From contig NC_086098.1 of assembly GCF_963921235.1 (NCBI RefSeq), positions 155,806,001-155,870,000 on the forward strand: a stretch of DNA of 64,000 nucleotides, written 5' to 3'. A model generated the notes under the pieces. It made no database searches. It worked only from the letters and a program-made list of their open reading frames with translations, and was not told where the DNA came from. Shown here piece by piece: positions 11,301 to 23,682 of this stretch. This stretch comes from Mobula hypostoma. Its lineage: Eukaryota. The stretch's first letter is position 1, and the number at the start of each line of letters is the position of its first letter. The translations under genes and the position numbers were made by a program.

Positions 11301-12646
11301 CGAAGGGGGGCCAAGCAGAACCCAGACGGTCTGTGGAGCACGGAGGACGGTTTATTGGTAGCACCCACCCCGTGTTGACTATCCTGATTTCAAAAGCGCA
11401 TGGGGTGGATCATTGTGCAAGGGGGGACGTGATAAGGAAAATAAAAAAGGACGGGTTTTGACCGCCTTATCTACAGGCTTCAGTAGACCATGTTTTGTCG
11501 CAGTGCGAGGTATGTGCACAGAATAATGTTTGGAAAGGAATTACAACCGCAATAGGTCATATACCCCTGCCCGAAGGGCCATTTAAACATTTAGTCATTG
11601 ACTACGTAGACATGATAACGACAGTAAGAGGGAAAAGATACATGTTAGTAGTAATTGACAGATTCAGTAGATGGGTAGAAGCGGCACCCTCGAAAGATCA
11701 AGGGGCAGGAACAGTAGTAAAATTCCTGACAAACGAGGTGATCCCAAGATTCGGAATACCTACAGAAGTCAGCTCAGACAATAGTTAAGCGTACATCCAA
11801 AAGCTGGTCAAATTAGTACTGCAAGCAGTAAGAATAAAGCACAGGTTTGGATGCGTGTATCACCCTCAGTCGCAGGGCATGGTGGAAGGAATTAACGGGA
11901 CGCTAAAAACCAAACTGAATAAAATTTGTGCGGGTACTAAACTCAACTGGATCGACGCGCGGCCGCTAGCGTTAATGAGTTACGGCATGCAAACTAATCG
12001 AGTGACGTGTCTAACCGGAAGGCCCATGCCAGTGCCCCAGTGGAGAGGACCATACAAAGGGCCTAACTTGGAACAATTGGAAGTAGAAGTAAAACAATAC
12101 ATGCAGCAACTAACCATGATACATAAGTCTATCTATGCACAGGAAAAACGGAAAGAACCGGAGATCGTGCAAAGGGAAGGACCAATCAAGCCAGGAGATC
12201 AGGTCTCTGTGCGAGCTTTTCGAAGAAAGTCGAACGAACCAAGAAGGGAAGGGCCATTTACGGTAACCAAGGCGCCACCCACCGCAGTTCAAGTAGAGGG
12301 ACGCTCCACCTGGTACCATCTCAATCTCTGCAACAGAGCAGTCCCGCAGGTACAGCCAGGTGTGGAGCCCGAGGTAAGTGGTAAAGAGGAACGGATAGCA
12401 GGGGACAGTCAAGAGGAACAAGAAGCTGTCACTGCACCACAGGAGTTTGATCGGACGATAAGGGAAGTTTTTGGTTTTGAGAACAGGTCTGACGACCCTA
12501 AGGATGGTGTTGTGGATAGTAGTACTCCTTCAGATAGTGAGGATAACTTGGGAGCGACCAGTCTTGCCCCTTGGGATGAAACACCCACAAACCCCTATAC
12601 GGACTTGGAAACCACTAATTTGGCAGATATGGCATGGGAATGTTAG
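8312..12646 (+). pseudogene. pol: ERV pol: protease, putative 2H domain, RT, RNase H, integrase (disrupted)
   Basis: PR MMIETG (8425-8433, D replaced by E) and MLGRD; RT RLVHDLR, IDLCSAFF, MPQG, YVDD 9835-9846; RNase H FVNGS, AEVKAL, HTDSAY; IN zinc finger H..H..CEVC, LVIDYVDM, SSDNS, HPQSQGMVE, GPF motif. Confidence 0.95.
8700..9230 (+). other. Putative 2H phosphoesterase domain between protease and RT
   Basis: LHCTVIF (H at 8842) and VPHITLL (H at 9025) lie in one frame 61 codons apart, with a GKQGAAL strand between them; two premature stops (8917, 8977). Confidence 0.7.
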
Positions 12647-14212
12647 AACTCCGCAAACCTTAAAAGAAAGGAGTAAGCGGAGCGCAACAGTTACCTCTTT
12701 GCAGTGGCAACAGACACGTACTAGCCAGTGGTACCAATGGGCACAATACACAGCAGGAATGATGGAGAGACAGAATTGTTATCTGTGCTCCAGGGCGAAG
12801 CCCGTACAACACGTAGCCCCCAAGCCTTATAACTCCTCCACCTGCACTCAATGGCGAAAGGAGCGGAGGGGGCAGTGTGCGCAGCAGTGTCCAAGTGTAG
12901 TCAAGACTTGCAACATGGGAATCTGTAGCGGGACGGATCCTTGTTATCAGAAATGTATTGACAACACCCCTTATTTCCCTTATTGGTGTATGCTATCCCA
13001 AGCCTCCTCGCAATTCGATCGAAACGTGCTTGCCCCTAAATGTAATTATAGCAGACCTTGGGCCATCAGTAAAAGAAGTCAGACCCCCACAGTGGGAAAA
13101 TTGATAGTGCAGGATCATTTGAATTATGAATGCTTTACACGGATAGGTGCTTTTTCGGTTGGCCATTTTAGGGGTAACTGCGTCTGGACTTGGGGTGTAA
13201 CCCCAGGCCGAAGATACATAGTAGGTACCCCTCCACCCGAAGGTGCGTTGGATGTCCAGAACATCCCATTAACAGACACTTGGTGGCTGTGCGGAATGGA
13301 GGAAGGCCTGAGATCGACGCTTCCTCTTAGTTGGGCAGGTACATGTACACGGGTTATGCTGATTCAAGAAGTTGTAGTATCCCCTGAAGTATAATTTGAC
13401 ATCCGGAGCAGCAGACACTGCGGTGGAAGAGGCGAAAATATGAACCTGACCCAACGATCCGAATCGACAGTACAGGACAGCCGAGAGGTATACCTAACGA
13501 GTTTATGGTAAGAAACGAGATTTCTGCTAGCTGGGAAGCAATTATACCTGTAATAGGGGCTAGCAAAAACGTTGAGTGGATAAATTATATATATTATAAT
13601 CAACAGAGATTCATTAACTACACCAACGATGCGCTGGAGGCACTAGGACAACAGTTGGATGCAACTAGTAGAATGGCGTGGCAGAATAGACAGGTGTTAG
13701 ACTGGCTGTTGGCAGAAAAAGAAGGAGTTTGTGTAATGTTTGGAGAACAGTGCTGTACTTTTATACCAAATAACACTAGTCCGGAGGGATCATTTACTAG
13801 AGCAATGAACAAATTGAAAAGTCTGAGAAGAGAAGTTAGACAGAATGCAGGGCTCGGACATCAGCTATTTGGCTGGTTAGATAGTAAACTAGGGGGATGG
13901 GGAGCATGGCTAACCAAGTTAGCGATAACTGTAGGTATTGTATTGGTAAGCTGTGCGATTGTTTTGTGCTGTTTTCTTCCGTGTCTCCAGTCCCTTATAG
14001 TGCGGGCCACAATAGGACGTTTTCCAATGCTCCTGAAAATTGCTGAATCAAGACCAGTGGAAAGAGAAGTACCGATGATGTACTCTTACAGCTTACACGA
14101 CATGCAACATGTACAGGAGGGAAATGATAATGTAGGAATAGACTGTAAAGGCTCCAGAGTCTTTTTTCCTGTCTCAGACACAAAGAGACAGGTTTTTGGC
14201 TCAGTGGCCTAG
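12504..14212 (+). pseudogene. env: ERV env, gamma-type (SU and TM), one frameshift at ~13390-13400
   Basis: Hydrophobic signal MVLWIVVLLQIV; RSKR 12669-12680; CYLC 12777-12788; RWKR cleavage site 13421-13432; ISD WQNRQVLDWLLAEKEGV; CVMFGEQCC (CX6CC); TM anchor LAITVGIVLVSCAIVLCCFLPCL. Confidence 0.92.
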
Positions 14213-14352
14213 GAAGGTAGGGAGAGAACACCGAGTTCTAAGCACAAAAAATTATAGTTTGACCCAGATTTGGGAGTAAATACTGGAGTTTATTTGAGCT
14301 TTTGTGCGTGGACTCGTAGTTTCCTCTCTCTGTGTTAGACCCTGTGGATCTC

Positions 14353-14361
14353 AAGGGTGAA
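14353..14361 (+). promoter_or_regulatory. Candidate polypurine tract
   Basis: aagggtgaa immediately before the 3' LTR; short and imperfect. Confidence 0.45.
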
Positions 14362-14364
14362 TTA

Positions 14365-14868
14365 TATTGGAAAACATTGTAACACTATAGTGAAACCACT
14401 GACTGTTTTCTAGGTATTTACTCAAGTGTGCTTCTACTACATATCAAGTGTTTACTCGAGTACTTATTATGCTGTTATTGCCCATCAAGTCTTTACTTAG
14501 GTGTTTACTGTGCCTTTACTACGCATTAAGCGTTTGTTATTGAGTACGTAGGGGATTCCTACGGTATTTTACTACGTAACCATTGATTTATTAGCTAGAA
14601 TGAAACCTGTGTACTATTGACCCCATGAGAAAGAACAATGTAACCAAGTAGAAAGATAAGGGTGGTTTATTTATTAGCTAGAGTGAAACATACAACAGTA
14701 CGCTAACGCAGTTAAGCCAAAAGGGGGCTATAAAGAACGCTGTGTAAAAAGATGGGCGGGCATTTAGCGACTAGCTCACTGACTGTCTCAGCTTTGATTT
14801 GCAAATTAAAGTTTAAAAACTTCTTGAAGAATCTTCTGCGTCTCCTGGTCATTTGTAAAATCACGACA
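14365..14868 (+). repeat. ERV 3' LTR (504 bp)
   Basis: Copy of 4920-5423; TATAAA 14729-14734, ATTAAA 14805-14810, ends cacgaca. Confidence 0.95.
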
Positions 14869-15538
14869 GGAGCCGCCGTTTAGCCTCATCATCACTCTGC
14901 TCCATCTCCGAAGTTAAGCAGTAACTAGTATTTCCCAGTTTAGCACAATTTGTCTAACAAATTATGCTCCATCTAACCCTTTGGCATTTAAGAAGTCCCA
15001 ATTAATGTTGCGGATACCAAAGTCACCCACTACAATTAAGCTGTCGCTTTTGCATCTTTCCATGTTCCGCTTGCTTATTTGCTCCATGATCTCTCCTCAG
15101 CTGTGTAATACCTAGACTATGCCGTATACTGATTGTACCTTTTCTATGCTTCATTGCTACCCATAGAGATTCACAGGATGAGTCTTCAATGATGTCATAG
15201 CTGCAGCGTCCATCGTTTTCTAAAAGTTCGCCCTGTCACTTCCGTAGTATATAAGCAGCAGAACGCCTATAGCCAAACGGACATTGACAGCGGGTACATA
15301 ACAACTTCGCAGATTGCAGTTTAATATTCAAGACACGGTGTCTCGGAAATACATTACCGTCTGTCTAAAATTGCTTCGGTTAAATCTTAGTATATCCGGC
15401 ACGATATCAGTAACAGCAAGAAAGGGGTTCCAGTTGCTCGAGGCGGCTTTGCACGAACCTTTCTTTCTCCGATGCAGCCGCCCTGTCAATGAATTGTGAT
15501 GAGTTTAGCCGGAGACTCAGTGAGAATGTGAGAGAGTG

Positions 15539-15675
15539 NNNNNNNNNNNNNNNNNNNNNNNNNNNNNNNNNNNNNNNNNNNNNNNNNNNNNNNNNNNNNN
15601 NNNNNNNNNNNNNNNNNNNNNNNNNNNNNNNNNNNNNNNNNNNNNNNNNNNNNNNNNNNNNNNNNNNNNNNNNNN
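15539..15675. other. Assembly gap (137 N)
   Basis: Run of n following a GA-rich tract. Confidence 1.
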
Positions 15676-15729
15676 GCTTCCATATTCTTTATTCCAATAG
15701 GTACATTTATTGGCCCCTTACATTCCTCC

Positions 15730-15975
15730 CGACTATGTGTTTAGGGGAGGGGAGAGAACGTCGCCTCAGACCATGAGAGGCCTGCGTCGGGCATTTTCAT
15801 GCCTTACAAGGCGCAGATTAGAAGTCTGTGTGGGGCGCCACTCCTCGCACAGACTAGAGCAATATGTGATTAAGTACCTTGCTCTAGAGCACAAGCACGT
15901 TGCCACAGCTGAGGTTAGCTGACCTTGAGATAACTAGACGAACGCCTTAACCACTTGGCCACTTGCCCAACACAA
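15730..15975. mobile_element. Short interspersed repeat insertion present only in unit 1
   Basis: Absent at the paralogous site near 33955; contains a gattaagtaccttgctc core-like motif. Family not firmly assigned. Confidence 0.45.
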
Positions 15976-16179
15976 CTGTGTTTAACTTATCTCTTACTTC
16001 CTGTATTTCCCTCTATTTCCCACCAGTTTTCAGGGTGTAAAACTTTTCATGTCCCTCCTTTTCCTTTTAGTCCAAGTTTCAAACATCGCTCATCATCCAG
16101 GGTTTTGTTACCTTGCCACCTTTGTCTTTGATCCTTAAAGATATCCTTGATTTCTGACCTTTATATAGCTTGCACATGT

Positions 16180-16800
16180 CCAAACAAGCAAAAAACTTCA
16201 GATTTGACATGTGATTAAGCAAATGGCATTCAGAACTGGACTTTACGTAAGTGAGTCCACCGCCACGAAGCCAGTCATCACTGCGGCCGGTTCAAGAGTC
16301 CGTTAGTTGCAGGCCACAGCCGCACAGTTCAGTGCAGAGACGAGTAAACCTCGCGGAGAACCCTAGCGTTTTCAAACCGGGCCGACGCTTAAATTGCCCA
16401 AAACTTGTGTTGTTCATTGATCACGGACCCCGGTCCTGCCGCGTCGATACCCTTTCGAGCCCGTGCCCCGCCGTCTCCTCTCTGCCTCGCCTCGGATCTG
16501 CCGCTTCGAATTGGTTCCAAGTCCGCTCCAGCAATGGCTAGACAATGGCTCTCGGGATCGGGATCTGTTTCCTCCATTGAGCCGGAACACAGCACACCGC
16601 CACCGTCCTGCACCTTCGAGTCTTTAAGTCACACCTCAAAAATGCCAGGTCGTTTCAAAGGCTGAACTCCGAAAGGAAAACTACAGGCAATTGACTTCAG
16701 TGATCGTTTTCAAGAAAAAGAAAAAGAAAAGAAAAAATAAAGTACTTAATCCAGTTTGCTGCCATCGCTGTGTTTCGCCAGCGCCATCTTAAACCGGAAA
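16180..16800 (-). mobile_element. Non-autonomous LINE-derived repeat (paralog at ~34870-35625)
   Basis: Minus strand begins gtttccggtttaagatggcgc, a LINE-like 5' end; duplicated with the unit. Confidence 0.45.
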
Positions 16801-19074
16801 CGAGTCAATAGCCCAATTACTATAGGGCTGGGGTCATATATAAACCTAACTGGGTAAGGATGGCAGAGTTCATCCACTAACGTGCAATAATGAGCCATAT
16901 AAGCTTCGTGACAATGCGGTGAATATAAGAGTATCATCATTCAGATGTGTTCTTTACTTTTAAATCGCCAATGAAAAGTTTTTCTTTTACCATGAATAGC
17001 AGTATTTACCGTCCAGTGGAGTTGATTAAGTGACTGTGTTGGTGTGAGTGTGCGGCTGGATGCAAAGCAAAGTATGAAACTCTTTGGGAGAGAATATAAC
17101 CTGTCCTTGGAACAGTATTGAGATATCCCAAAAAATGGCGACTTCCTCACACTAAATTTAGAGATATGCATTTCTGGCAAGTACATCGGTAAATAAAGAC
17201 ATATGATTGAAATCTGGAAAGAAATAAAATTAACGTGTTCTTTCAAGTCAGTTTAGGGTGTCAAGTCAAGTAGAGACAGTTTACCCTGTGGAGGTTACAA
17301 ATCTATTCCACCAACTACAAGGCATATGTCGAGTATAATAGAATGCCCTCCTCAATCCTTTAGTTAAAGTAACACTCAAAAACCACGGTGCTGTCAGCGA
17401 AAAAAGCCCTCTCCTTCAGTGGTAAGCTTTAATATTGTTAAATATTATACAAGACAAGCTTTTTCACTGTATCTAGGTACATGTGATAATAATAAACCAA
17501 TACGAATCGCTAAAGAATAATGGCTGCAAAGTGTATAATCTATAAAATTCATTGCAGTTAACCGATAATCACAACGCACCCGCCAAACTGGCGATTTTTA
17601 CTAACAAGAAAGACAATTGTTTCAAGTACGTGGGAACGCCAACACCAGCGCAAACAACTGTAATCCATCCTAATTTGGGAAAAAAGCTGTTTTCCCTCTT
17701 TCATTTTCACTACGTCCAGCGATGGCTTTTCCTCGTCAATAATATTGAGGGAGTTCGGTCAACAGAAGAACCACAGCGCTGTAGGAGATCGGTTCACAAC
17801 TGTCCCTTCAAGGCGAGTTAAAAACGGCCAATAACCGCCGGTTTTGTCAGCAACACCCAAATCAGCGAAACAAGCGGGACATGAGTGCAAGGGTCAACAC
17901 AAATTAATGCTAGTGATAATCTGACTTCTTTAAGTGTAATTCCAGGAATTGAATTCAGTGACACGTTAGAACAAAGCATATTTTCTTAAGGCTCTGTTTG
18001 TCTGCTTGGACGTAACTCGCCACAATCATGCTCAATAGCCGGAAAATGAGAGCGTTTTACTAGAGTCAGGAGCCGATGGCGTTAGAAATTGTCTTTAATC
18101 CCCAGAACTAAATTTTGACATAAATCGATCAAAGACGTAGAGTTCCTGGAGCAGACTAGAAAAAAATGTGTGGTATAATCTCCTCAAAGCATTACATGAA
18201 CCATTACAGTCCCACACTCGTCTGCGAGAGGCGGAGGGTTGGACATGAGGCTAGCAACCACAACCTGTAAAAACCCTGAGCCACGGAAACGCCAGAAGAA
18301 GCCCTAAAGACCACATCCCTCGGCAGGAATGATCTTCGCCTAAAAGACGTATGAAGTCGTGTGGTGAAAGCGGAATCCACAGGGCCAATCATCTTTCGGC
18401 CCAGGACTGAGGCCTCTGCCGAGCTACTCTCAGCGGCCTGTGCTGTTGTGGGGTTGATGTGTTGAAGAAGAAGAGGAATGGATTTCTGTCTTAAGGGTCT
18501 GAAAATCATTGTTTCGTGTGCAGGTTGAAATTCCTGTATGAACACTTTCTTTCATGTAAAACTAATCTAACCCCTTTGCCAACGCATTCCCATTATGAAA
18601 GAAAAATATCGAAGACTCTTTCAACGCCCGTTTTGCTCTTCCGCCAATGAAACCGGCACATGTTCGCCTCTACTGGAGTCCAACAATCTACTCTATTGCT
18701 GTCTCTTTGGCAAACTGGGATTACTATTTGGAGGCCTTATGCCACTTATCTCTCCTATGCCATGGAAAGTTTGGCAATGGAAAATCTTCACTGTAAATGC
18801 AATTACCTGCGAGCTTTGTAACCGTACCGCTCGCCACTCCCAATAACTCTCGGGCTATTCCGGTCTAGTGTTAAGTACAATGATATCATTTGAACCTGGA
18901 GTTCCACGCCGGTCTGAAAAGTGCGAGAGGAAATGAATGTTTGTGCCACCATATGATTTAAAGTTAAAGCGTTTAAACATCGCCGCATTCGTCATTCCTA
19001 CAGGCAGACTGGTCTTGGTGAAGATGGGGATCGGTGGTGGAGGAGTGTATTCTTACATATAGCAGCTAGAAATT

Positions 19075-19583
19075 TTGAATTGAATTGAATTGACTTAATT
19101 TCTTACATCATTCATATATATGAGGAATGAAGATCTTTACATTACGTCTCCGTCTAAATGTGCAATGTGCAATTCATAGTAATATGTAATCAACAGTATG
19201 CATAACAGGACAGTCAACATGACATAGAAATACAATTGCATCATCATGAATTAATCAGTCTGATTGGCCTGTTGGCTAAGCTGTCCCTGAGTCTTTTGGC
19301 CCTGGCTTTTATGGTGTCATACCGGTTCCCGGATCGTAGCAGCTGGAACATTTTGTGTTAGGGGTGACTCGGGTCCCCAATAATACTTCCAGCCATTTAT
19401 ACACACCTGCCCTTGTAAGTGTCCTGAATAGTGAGAAGCTCACAGATGTGCCGGGCTGCCCGCACCACTGTCTGCAGAGTCCTGCAATTGAAGGAAGTAC
19501 ATCTCCCATACCAGGCAGTGATGCAGCCAGTCAGGATGCTCTCAATTGTGCCCCTGTAGAAAATTCTTAGGATTTGGGGGCCC
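19075..19583 (-). mobile_element. Rex1/Babar 3' fragment (resumes at 22401-22460; paralogs at 37425-37880 and 38436-38890)
   Basis: gaattgaatt tail; minus-strand ESILTGCITAWYG-type coding remnant. Confidence 0.75.
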
Positions 19584-19585
19584 GT

Positions 19586-22400
19586 AGTATGATATTGTGG
19601 CCATCATTGAGACGTGGCTGAAGGATGCATGTCTCTGGGCGCTGAACGTCCAAGGATACATGGTGTATCGGAAGGATAGGAAGGTAGGCAGAGGGGGATG
19701 CGTGGCTTTATTGGTAAGAAATGATATTAAATCATTAGAAAGAGGTGATATAGGATCAGAAGGTGCAGAATCTTTATGGGTTGAGCTAAGAAATCGCAGG
19801 GGTAAAAGGACCCTGATGGCAGTTATTTATAGGCCTCCAAACAGCAGCAGGGACGTGGACTACAAATTATAAACAGGAAATAGAAAACGATTGTCAGAAG
19901 GGCAGTGTTATGATAATTATCGGGGATTTTAACATGCGAGTGGATTGAGAAAATCAGGTCGGCACTGGATCTCAAGTGAGAGAACTTGTAGAATGTCTGC
20001 GAGATGGCTTTTCAGAACAGCTTGTTGTTGAGCCCACTAGGGGATCGGCTGTACTGGATTGGGTATTGTGTAATGAACCGGAGGTGATTAGAGAGATTGA
20101 GGTGAAGGAACCCTTAGGGGCCAGTGATCATAAAATGATTGAGTTCACTGTGAAATTTAAAAAGGAGAAGCCGAAATCTGATGTGTCGGTATTTCAGTGG
20201 AGTAAAGGAAATTACAGTGGCATGAGAGGGGAACTGGCCAGAGTTGACTGGAAAGGGACACTGGCGGGAAAGACGGCAGAGCAGCAGTGGCTGGAGTTTA
20301 TGCGAGAAGTGAGGAAGATGCAAGACAGGTATATTCCAAAAAAGAAGAAATTTTCGAATGGGAAAAGGATGCAACTGTGGTTGACAAGAGAAGTCAAAGC
20401 CAAAGTTAAAGCAAAGGAGAGGGCATACAAGGAAGTAAAAATTACTGGGAAGACAGGCGATTGGGAAGTTTTTAAAACCTTACAAAAGGAAACTAAGAAG
20501 GTCATTAAGAGGGAAAAGATTAACTATGAAAGGAAGTTAGCAAATAATATCAAAGAGGATACTAAAAGCTTTTTCAAGTATATAAAGAGTAAAAGACGGA
20601 TGAGAGTAGATATAGGACCGATAGAAAATGATGCTGGAGAAATTGTAATGGGAGATAAGGAGATGGCAGAGGAACTGAACGAGTATTTTGCATCAGTCTT
20701 CACTGAGGAAGACATCAGCAGTATACCGAACACTGAAGGGTGGCAGGGAAGAGAAGTGTGCGCAGTTACAATTACGACAGAGAAAGTACTCAGGAAGCTG
20801 AATAGTCTAAAGGTAGATAAATCTCCCGGACCAGATGGAATGCACCTGCGTGTTCTGAAGGAAGTAGTTGTGGAGATTGCGGAGGCATTAGCAATGGTCT
20901 TTCAAAAGTCGATAGATTCTGGCATGGTTCCGGACGACTGGAAGATTGCAAATGTCACTCCGCTATTTAAGAAGGGGGCAAGGAAGCAAAAAGGAAGTTA
21001 CAGACCTGTTGGCTTGACATCAGTGGTTGGGAAGTTGTTGGAGTCGATTGTCAAGGATGAAGTTATAGAGTACCTGGAGGCATATGACAAGATAGGCAGA
21101 ACTCAGCATGGATTCCTTAAAGGAAAATCCTGCCTGACAAACCTATTACAATTTTTTGAGGAAATTACCAGCCGGCTAGACACGGGAAATGCAGTGGATG
21201 TTGTATATTTGGATTTTCAGAAGGTCTTTGACAAGGTGCCACACATGAGGCTACTTAACAAGATAGGAGCCCATGGAACTACGGGAAAGTTACGTACATG
21301 GATAGAGCGTTGGCTGATTGGCAGGAAACAGAGAGTGGGAATAAAGGGATCCTATTCTAGTTGGCTGCCGGTTACCAGTGGTGTTCCACAGGGATCTGTG
21401 TTGGGGCCGCTCCTTTTTACATTGTACATCAACGATTTGGATTATGGAATAGATGGCTTTGTGGCTAAGTTTGCTGACGATACGAAGATAGGTGTAGGGG
21501 CTGGTGGTGCTGAGGAAACGGAGAGTCTGCAGAGAGACTTGGATAGATGGGAAGAATGGGCAAAGAAGTGGCAAATGAAGTACAATGTTGGAAAGTGCAT
21601 GGTTATGCACTTTGGCAGAAGTAATAAACGGGCAGACTATTATTTAAATGGGGAAAGAATTCAAAGTTCTGAGATGCAACGGGACTTGGCGGTCCTCGTA
21701 CAGGATACCCTTAAGGTTAACCTCCAGGTTGAGTCGGTAGTGAAGAAGACGAATGCAATGTTGGCATTCATTTCTAGAGGAATAGAGTATAGGAGCAGGG
21801 ATGTGATGTTGAGCCTCTATAAGGCGCTGGTGAGACCTCACTTGGAGTACTGTGGACAGGTTTGGTCTCCTTATTTAAGAAAGGATGTGCTGACGTTGGA
21901 GAGGGTACAGAGAAGATTCACTAGAATGATTCCGGGAATGAGAGGGTTAACATATGAGGAACGTTTGTCCGCTCTTAGACTGTATTCCTTGGAGTTTAGA
22001 AGAATGAGGGGAGACCTCAGAAACATTGTGAATGTTGAAACGCAGGGACAGAGAGGATATGGCAAAGTTATTTCCCATGATGGGGGAGTCTAGTACGAGA
22101 GAGCGTGATTTAAGGATTGAAGGGCGCCCATTCAGTTCAGAACAGAAATGCAAAGAAATTTTTTTTAGTCAGAGGGTGGTGAATGTATGGAATTTGTTGC
22201 CAGTGGAGGCCAGACATTGGGTGTATTTAAGGTAGAGATTGATAGGTATCTGCGTAGCCAGGGCATCAAAGGTTATGGTGTGAAGGCGGGGCAGTGGGAC
22301 TAAATGGGAGAATGGATCAGCTCATGATAAAATGGCGGAGCAGACTCGATGGGCCGAATGGCCGACTTCTGCTCCTTTGTCTTATGGTCTTATGGTCTTA
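19586..22400 (+). mobile_element. CR1 LINE (HER1-like), 5'-truncated, near-complete ORF2 (EN and RT)
   Basis: AIIETWLKD, YRPPNS, GDFN, KSPGPDG, YLDFQKVFD, GVPQGSVLGPLLF, FADD; 705-aa ORF 19976-22093; (tatggtct)n tail. Confidence 0.95.
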
Positions 22401-23409
22401 TACCAAATGAAAAGATACTTGGAGAACTCAACTGTCTAGATACTTTGTCTCTGCTCCATGTGGCGGTTCAGGACTACTTCCTCACTATAAGTGCATGGCT
22501 CTGCCTAATTCACCTACTTTGACCGCTACTGCCGTAAACCCAGTACGGTAAGCCTTTTTCTTAATTTAAAAGAACCCCACCTTCGGTAGATATCTGCATC
22601 TGAGGATTTCTGAAAGTAGCTGATAAACATCAATCCACAGACTCAAGGTCACTTCGAAATTACCGGCTTTCAGCCTTTCTTGCCAGTTACACACCCTGAG
22701 TGGAAAGTGTGGAGTTTCGGGCTATGTAGTGTGCAATGATTTCGTCAGTGGTTGGAGTTGCGTCACGCAAAAATGTCTTGGCGAATTGGTACCTTCGTTG
22801 GAGCTCTGATATGTGAATATTACCTGCCAGATTTGCTATAGTATAAGGTGACTATAGTACAAAATTACTTGGGTGACCATAGAATCTGGTTCTTAGTTGG
22901 ACTGAGTGATCCGGTAAAACAATAAAAGAGTGAAGGTCTTTCTCCTACTTGAAATAATCTTTTTTATGTTAAGTGGAAGATTTGCAGAACGTGTCAGAGA
23001 AAAAAATCACTCATTAAAGGAGATATCCGTTTCAGAATCAGGTTTAAAATTATAGGCGTATGTCGTGAAATTTGTTGTTTTACGGAGGCAGTTCATTGAA
23101 ATACATTTAAAAACTGTAAGTTACAGTACGATGTGAGTACGTGTAAATTGTATTGTATTCTCGAATCTTCACCGTACCCAGCATTAAAGACATCTGTACT
23201 GCGAAAATAGTACTGAATTGGAAATATTTAGTCTCTTTGAAACCTAAGGTTACGCCTAGAAAGCTATCGTTAATTTAAGGTACGTGCAGCGTAATTTCCA
23301 CAAAGAAAAGAGAGACGAGATGATCATTTTTTTTTTCAAATTTCCGGTCAGTTTGTCCCCCATCAGAAAACAAACGAAATGACGTTGCGTTTGAGTTAAG
23401 TTTGCTGAC

Positions 23410-23415
23410 TTTATT
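23410..23415 (-). terminator. Polyadenylation signal for IgL C1
   Basis: First minus-strand AATAAA after the stop codon; conserved in the paralog at 40705-40710. Confidence 0.65.
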
Positions 23416-23682
23416 GAACCACTACAAGAAGTGCTGCCGGTGCAATAGTCGGGCCCTGGCAGTAGTTGTGTTATTTAATGCACCGAAACAAATTTCAATT
23501 AATCTGGAGTCTTCAATCAACACTGGCTTTCTGTCAATATAACACAGTTTACAGTAAACAACTCGTAAAAGCTGAAGCTTCCCCTGCAAAGGAATTTTTG
23601 TTTTTGAAAAATAACATTCCAAAGAATAAAAGAAACAAATTGCTAAAGTAATTTTCTTAGCTCAGCTGGCAAGTTTATGACA

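Larger units (their letters stand above)
4920..14868 (+). mobile_element. Full-length defective endogenous retrovirus, class I / epsilon-like, LTR-gag-pol-env-LTR (9949 bp)
   Basis: Paired LTRs, PBS, gag CA and zinc knuckle, in-frame TAG, PR, RT YVDD, RNase H, DDE integrase, env with CXXC, ISD and CX6CC. Flanks GCAG/GGAG form a 4-bp TSD with one mismatch. Confidence 0.97.

Noticed and set aside
15486-15776. ORFs spanning the N run
   Set aside because: Artefacts of translating unknown bases.
16800-19060. Sequence conserved with 35620-37420 that might be a hidden gene
   Set aside because: Similarity is explained by the segmental duplication; indels do not preserve any reading frame.
20114-22153. 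Many short ORFs antisense to CR1 ORF2 (also in ERV pol and 60984-62899)
   Set aside because: Shadow frames of retroelement coding sequence.
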